From NCBI GenBank assembly GCA_046482855.1, contig JAWOEH010000202.1, positions 11,098 through 75,097 on the forward strand: DNA of 64,000 nt, read 5' to 3'. Origin of the DNA: Bacteroidales bacterium (GTDB lineage: Bacteria; Bacteroidota; Bacteroidia; Bacteroidales; UBA12077). Both the position numbers and the translations under genes were made by a program. Shown piece by piece: positions 59,674-64,000 of the stretch (position 1 is the first letter of the stretch; the number at the start of each line of letters is the position of its first letter). The notes beneath the pieces are model-generated. The model did no database searches. It worked only from the letters and a program-made list of their open reading frames with translations, and was not told the DNA's origin.

Positions 59674-60981
59674 ATGAGTTCTTTTGTAATCGAAGGAGGC
59701 CATCGACTGCAAGGTGAATTACACCCCCAGGGAGCCAAAAACGAGGCGCTCCAAATTTTATGTGCAGTATTGCTTACCGATCAGCAAGTAACAATCAGCA
59801 ATATTCCCGATATCCGGGACGTAAACAAACTCATTGATCTCTTACGCTCGCTGGGCGTAGAAGTTGAAAAACTGGCTCCAGACACCTACCAATTTCAGGC
59901 AAAAGAGATTGATTTCGATTACATGCAATCGGCCGCATACCAAGAAAAGGCAACAAGCCTACGGGGCTCAATTATGCTCATCGGCCCTTTATTGGCCCGT
60001 TTTGGCCGAGGGTATATTCCTAAGCCCGGAGGCGATAAAATTGGTCGCAGACGACTGGATGTGCACTTTACAGGTTTCGAAAAACTGGGCGCTACCTTTG
60101 AGTTTCGCCACCGGGAAAATGCCTTCCTGGTAGAAGGGAAAAAGCTGAAAGGTAGTTATATGCTGCTTGAAGAGGCTTCGGTTACCGGAACAGCCAATAT
60201 CGTAATGGCTGCCTGCTTAATAAAAGGCACCACCACCATTTACAATGCTGCCTGTGAACCTTATTTGCAGCAATTGTGCCATATGTTAAACCGCATGGGA
60301 GCCAACATCCAAGGTGTGGGTTCAAATCTGCTTACCATTACAGGCGTAGGGAAATTAGCCGGAACAAAGCATCGCATCCTCCCTGATATGATTGAAGTCG
60401 GAAGCTTTATGGGACTGGCCGCCATGACCGGTTCCGAGATAACCATTAAAGAAACAGGCTACGACCACCTGGGTATTATTCCCGCAGCATTCAGCCGACT
60501 CGGCATACAAATGGAGCGTATCAACGATGACATATATATTCCTGCACAAGACCATTACCAAATAGATAGTTTTATTGATGGCTCGATAATGACCATTGCA
60601 GACGCACCCTGGCCAGGCCTTACACCGGACTTGCTAAGTGTCCTTTTAGTTGTAGCTACCCAAGCCAAAGGGAGTGTACTTATTCACCAAAAAATGTTTG
60701 AGAGTCGTCTGTTCTTTGTGGATAAACTCATTGACATGGGGGCTCAAATTATTCTGTGCGATCCCCATAGAGCAACGGTGATTGGTCTGGATAATCGTGT
60801 TAAGTTGCGAGGAACCAATATGACCTCCCCCGATATACGTGCCGGCGTAGCCCTTCTCATTGCCGCCCTATCGGCCGATGGCACCAGCACCATTCATAAT
60901 ATTGAGCAAATCGACCGGGGTTACCAAAATATCGATAAGCGTTTACAAGCTATTGGTGCAAAAATGACGCGCACCGATTAA
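59674..60981 (+). CDS. murA: UDP-N-acetylglucosamine 1-carboxyvinyltransferase (Asp variant at the fosfomycin-target position)
   Basis: 435 aa. It has GAKNEALQIL and LARFGRGYIPKPGGDKIGRRRLDVH. E. coli reads PGGCTIGARPVDLH at that position. Confidence 0.95.
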   Translation: MSSFVIEGGHRLQGELHPQGAKNEALQILCAVLLTDQQVTISNIPDIRDVNKLIDLLRSLGVEVEKLAPDTYQFQAKEIDFDYMQSAAYQEKATSLRGSIMLIGPLLARFGRGYIPKPGGDKIGRRRLDVHFTGFEKLGATFEFRHRENAFLVEGKKLKGSYMLLEEASVTGTANIVMAACLIKGTTTIYNAACEPYLQQLCHMLNRMGANIQGVGSNLLTITGVGKLAGTKHRILPDMIEVGSFMGLAAMTGSEITIKETGYDHLGIIPAAFSRLGIQMERINDDIYIPAQDHYQIDSFIDGSIMTIADAPWPGLTPDLLSVLLVVATQAKGSVLIHQKMFESRLFFVDKLIDMGAQIILCDPHRATVIGLDNRVKLRGTNMTSPDIRAGVALLIAALSADGTSTIHNIEQIDRGYQNIDKRLQAIGAKMTRTD

Positions 60982-61042
60982 ACCCCGACACGATTGCATT
61001 TCCATTCTCATAAAACCTGTCAGATTGACGTATTATTCGCTT

Positions 61043-61057
61043 TGGCAAACATTTTGC
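61043..61057 (+). promoter_or_regulatory. Sigma-54-type -24/-12 promoter-like element upstream of grpE
   Basis: TGGCAA-ACATT-TTGC has the exact GG-N10-GC spacing of the TGGCAC-N5-TTGC consensus. It ends 43 nt before the grpE ATG. It is embedded in the inverted repeat cgctttg...caaagcg. Confidence 0.3.
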
Positions 61058-61100
61058 GCAAGCAAAGCGGCTTATGTAGTACTAGTTTAAATGTATAAAA

Positions 61101-61742
61101 ATGAGCAAGAAAGCAGCAAAAAAGAAAACCGACAATAAGACCCGTGAGGAAATGAAGGAAAATAAAGAAATGAACGAAGAGCAAGCGACCGATAACGTAC
61201 AGGAAACTCCAGAGCAGGAAGAGGTCACTTCAGAGGAAAATAAGACTCAACAACCGGAAAAAGACGGCAAAGAAGAGGCTCCACTGGAAGCGAACAAAGA
61301 AAAAACCGACGCACAAAAGCTCCAGGATATGGAAGACAAATACCTACGCCTGGTAGCTGAATACGACAATTACCGAAAACGCACCTTGCGCGAAAAAATG
61401 GAGCTCTCCAAAAGCGCCGGGGCCGATATTTTGGTAAACTTACTCCCGGTGAAAGATGATTTTGAACGCGCCTTATCACACCTCGATTCAGCAAGCGACC
61501 TGGAAGCTGTTAAAGAAGGAATTAATCTGATCTTCACCAAATTTTCAGAATTCCTGAAACAACGAGGAATAAAAGAGATTGAAGCCATGGAACAACCTTT
61601 TGATACGGACGTTCATGAAGCTATAACAAAAATTCCGGCTCCTACCGAAGAATTGAAGGGCAAAGTGGTGGATGTAGTTGAAAAAGGATACATTCTTCAG
61701 GATAAAGTAGTTCGTTTTGCGAAAGTAGTGGTTGGAGAATAA
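61101..61742 (+). CDS. grpE: Nucleotide exchange factor GrpE
   Basis: 213 aa with an acidic N-terminus, then YLRLVAEYDNYRKR and a C-terminal beta domain (FDTDVHEA). Confidence 0.95.
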   Translation: MSKKAAKKKTDNKTREEMKENKEMNEEQATDNVQETPEQEEVTSEENKTQQPEKDGKEEAPLEANKEKTDAQKLQDMEDKYLRLVAEYDNYRKRTLREKMELSKSAGADILVNLLPVKDDFERALSHLDSASDLEAVKEGINLIFTKFSEFLKQRGIKEIEAMEQPFDTDVHEAITKIPAPTEELKGKVVDVVEKGYILQDKVVRFAKVVVGE

Positions 61743-61763
61743 ACGGAGAAATAACAAGCTGAC

Positions 61764-62936
61764 ATGTCGAAAAGAGATTATTACGAAGTTTTAGGATTAA
61801 CAAAAAGTGCCACCCCGGAGGAGATAAAAAAGGCCTACCGGAAAATGGCGTTGAAATACCACCCCGACAAAAACCCGGGGGATGAGGAAGCAGAACAAAA
61901 ATTTAAAGAGGCTGCCGAAGCCTACGAAGTGTTAAGCAACCCCGAGAAGAAACAACGCTACGATCAATTTGGCCATGCCGGTGTTGGTGGCGCCTCAGGG
62001 GGCGGCTACAGTGGTGGCGGCATGAGCATGGAAGACATCTTCGAAAACTTTGGCGATATATTTGGCAGCGCCTTTGGTGGGGGATTTGGAGGTTTCGGCG
62101 GATTTAGCGGATTTAGCGGCGGCCGACGACAAGGTAGGAGAACCACGAAAGGAAGCAATTTGCGTGTTAAAGTAACCCTTACTCTGGAAGAAATAGCCAA
62201 AGGAACCACCAAGAAGCTAAAAGTAAACAAGTACGTAGGCTGTGATGCCTGTTCGGGAACGGGAGCCAAGGATGGTTCCTCCTACACTACCTGTTCCACT
62301 TGTCGCGGAACCGGTCAGGTTACACAAGTTACCAATACCTTTTTGGGGCAGATGCAAACCGCCTCAACTTGCCCAACTTGTGGTGGCGAAGGAAAGGTGA
62401 TTACCAATAAATGCGACAAGTGTTATGGCGAAGGCATTGTAAAAGATACCGAGGTCATTAGCATTGATATACCCGCAGGCGTAGGTGAAGGTATGCAAAT
62501 GAGCGTTGCCGGAAAAGGAAATGCGGCACGCCGGGGAGGAATTAACGGCGACCTGATAGTGGTTATTCAGGAAGAAAAACACCCCGAGCTGGTGCGCGAT
62601 GGAAAGGATCTTATTTATAATATGTTCCTGACTTTCTCGGAAGCAGCCCTGGGAACACCTGTGGAAATCCCTACAGTAGAAGGTCGCGTAAAAATTAAAA
62701 TTGATGCCGGAACGCAACCCGGAAAAATCCTTCGTTTACGTGGGAAAGGACTCCCCGAAGTAAACGGCTATGGAAAAGGCGATCTGCTCGTTCACATTAA
62801 TGTTTGGGTGCCCAAAAAGCTTACCAAAGAGGAAGAAAAGATATTGCAACAATTACAAGATGCTGAGAATTTTAAACCAAATCCATCGGGTGCGGAGAAA
62901 AATATCTTCGAGCGAATGAAAAACTTCTTTGAATAG
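61764..62936 (+). CDS. dnaJ: Molecular chaperone DnaJ
   Basis: 390 aa. It has a J domain with HPDKN, a G/F region and four CxxCxG zinc-finger repeats. Confidence 0.98.
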   Translation: MSKRDYYEVLGLTKSATPEEIKKAYRKMALKYHPDKNPGDEEAEQKFKEAAEAYEVLSNPEKKQRYDQFGHAGVGGASGGGYSGGGMSMEDIFENFGDIFGSAFGGGFGGFGGFSGFSGGRRQGRRTTKGSNLRVKVTLTLEEIAKGTTKKLKVNKYVGCDACSGTGAKDGSSYTTCSTCRGTGQVTQVTNTFLGQMQTASTCPTCGGEGKVITNKCDKCYGEGIVKDTEVISIDIPAGVGEGMQMSVAGKGNAARRGGINGDLIVVIQEEKHPELVRDGKDLIYNMFLTFSEAALGTPVEIPTVEGRVKIKIDAGTQPGKILRLRGKGLPEVNGYGKGDLLVHINVWVPKKLTKEEEKILQQLQDAENFKPNPSGAEKNIFERMKNFFE

Positions 62937-62954
62937 AAGATCTTACAGCATAAC

Positions 62955-62990
62955 CAAAAACTCCCCGAAAATGCCGGGGAGTTTTTTTTT
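62955..62990. terminator. Bidirectional rho-independent terminator
   Basis: The sequence is aaaaa-ctccccg-aaaatgc-cggggag-ttttttttt. The T-run overlaps the stop codon of the convergent MarC gene. Confidence 0.8.
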
Positions 62991-63624
62991 ATAACATACT
63001 GTTAACGATAGCTCGTACCGAAGTAAGAATATATTCGATGCCGATAGCTATAACAATAAAACCAATGATACGCGATATGGCATTCAGCCCGGATGCTCCC
63101 AGTTTTCCTGAGAGGTAAGCTGAACTCCGAAGAATCAAATAGGTCGCTATCCCAACGGCCGGAATGGTAAGATAAATCACCAGAGAATTCCACAAACCGG
63201 CATATTCTTCGTGCAACGAAATCAGCAGCGAAATAGAACCAGGGCCGGCCAGCATGGGCATGGCTAAGGGTGTCATACTCGGATCTTCCCGTGTATAAGC
63301 ATCTTCCTTTACCTGCTTACTCATGCCCTTATGTTTACTAAAGTTGCCGGTAAGCAAGGCAAATCCTGAACTGGAAATGATCAGTCCTCCGCCAATACGA
63401 AGGGAGTCGATGCTAATACCAAAAAACTGAATCACATACTTCCCGCCCCAAAAAGCCACAGAGAGAATCAACAAAAAATAGAGACTGGCTTTCATGGCAG
63501 TAACTTTACGTTCTGCCATGCTACTATCCTCAGTAAGCCCAATGTACATAGGCATTGTCCCTAATGGATTGGCTACCGAAAAGAGGGCGCCAAAAACAGC
63601 AAAAAAGAGTCCAAACATACTCAT
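62989..63624 (-). CDS. MarC family (UPF0056) integral membrane protein
   Basis: About 211 aa from the ATG at 63624, with six TM segments. The N-terminal FSVANPLGTMP motif is typical of MarC. Confidence 0.8.
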   Translation of the reverse strand: MSMFGLFFAVFGALFSVANPLGTMPMYIGLTEDSSMAERKVTAMKASLYFLLILSVAFWGGKYVIQFFGISIDSLRIGGGLIISSSGFALLTGNFSKHKGMSKQVKEDAYTREDPSMTPLAMPMLAGPGSISLLISLHEEYAGLWNSLVIYLTIPAVGIATYLILRSSAYLSGKLGASGLNAISRIIGFIVIAIGIEYILTSVRAIVNSML

Positions 63625-63713
63625 GATTTTTTTTGTAAAGGTACTGGCTTTTCTACTAATGTAGGCAAACAATCTATGAAGGAAAGATTAAATAATTCTT
63701 TCTCGGGTAGGTC

Positions 63714-63753
63714 TGAAAACACAAAGAGGGTGCCCCTTTCGGAACACCCTCTT
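63714..63753 (-). terminator. Putative rho-independent terminator after the alcohol dehydrogenase gene
   Basis: A 9-bp stem aagagggtg/caccctctt. On the minus strand it is followed by TGTGTTTTC. Confidence 0.55.
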
Positions 63754-63774
63754 ATTTATGAAGAACGAAGATAG

Positions 63775-64000
63775 TTAATTGGATGAGCGAAAGGCATTGC
63801 TATACATCTCCTTTATCTCCTCAATTGACGGATAGCGTGGATTTGCCGTAGTACATTGGTCGTCGAAAGCCAGTTCCGACATGCGATCCAACTGCTCGAA
63901 AAAAGTCGTTTCATTCACTCCCGCATCCTTAATACTCATGGGTATATCCAGCGCTTTTTTCAGCTTATCAATAGCGCCAACCAGCTTTTCAACCTTCTCG
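63775..64000 (-). CDS. Iron-containing alcohol dehydrogenase family protein, C-terminal fragment (5' end lies outside the window)
   Basis: Hand translation of the minus strand gives ...IPMSIKDAGVNETTFFEQLDRMSELAFDDQCTTANPRYPSIEEIKEMYSNAFRSSN, then a stop. The AFDDQCT.ANPRYP block is the hallmark C-terminus of Fe-ADH/AdhE enzymes. It is not in the ORF track because its start lies outside the window. Confidence 0.75.
   Translation of the reverse strand, partial: EKVEKLVGAIDKLKKALDIPMSIKDAGVNETTFFEQLDRMSELAFDDQCTTANPRYPSIEEIKEMYSNAFRSSN

Noticed and set aside
60982-61100. CIRCE (HrcA) operator upstream of grpE
   Set aside because: No TTAGCACTC-N9-GAGTGCTAA-like inverted repeat is present.

Overview
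This window looks like a core chromosomal segment of a Bacteroidota-type genome. That assignment is an inference from several features: the ssb-gldE-gldD synteny, a T9SS type-B (gliding-motility C-terminal) sorting domain protein, a TonB-receptor/DUF4249 pair, recurrent TAnnTTTG -7 promoter boxes, and fusA followed directly by rpsJ with no tuf. The dominant feature is one uninterrupted minus-strand array of 33 translation genes from rpsL to rplQ (34596..52336). It covers the str, S10, spc and alpha operons with secY, map, infA and rpoA. It includes rpmJ and rpmD, which the >=60 aa ORF track misses. Around it lie housekeeping genes: dsbD, rng, hup, mutY, ssb, ychF, crcB, hutH, hisS, eno, a uvrD-like helicase, murA, grpE-dnaJ and a split transketolase. 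There are also envelope and signalling genes: an ECF sigma module, a hybrid histidine kinase, a large beta-propeller/Y_Y_Y/SpoIIE sensor phosphatase, a paired SMR transporter, a VWA protein and lipoproteins. I saw no rRNA, tRNA, CRISPR array, transposase, integrase or recognisable defence island. I cannot point to a convincing multi-gene novel system here. The items most worth a second look are listed below.
- An EF-G paralog, divergent from rpsL, that lacks the catalytic His of the DxxGH motif.
- A methylglyoxal-synthase-like protein with Tyr where the E. coli enzyme has its catalytic Asp. Together with a VWA gene it sits between the two halves of a split transketolase.
- An unannotated 30-aa hyper-basic ORF (bS22-like) downstream of hup.
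- A hybrid histidine kinase with degenerate ATP-binding boxes.
- A stand-alone NUMOD4/HNH endonuclease gene.
- A few perfect palindromes and a sigma-54-like box in promoter regions.
All functional calls rest on reading the translated ORFs. No database search was run.
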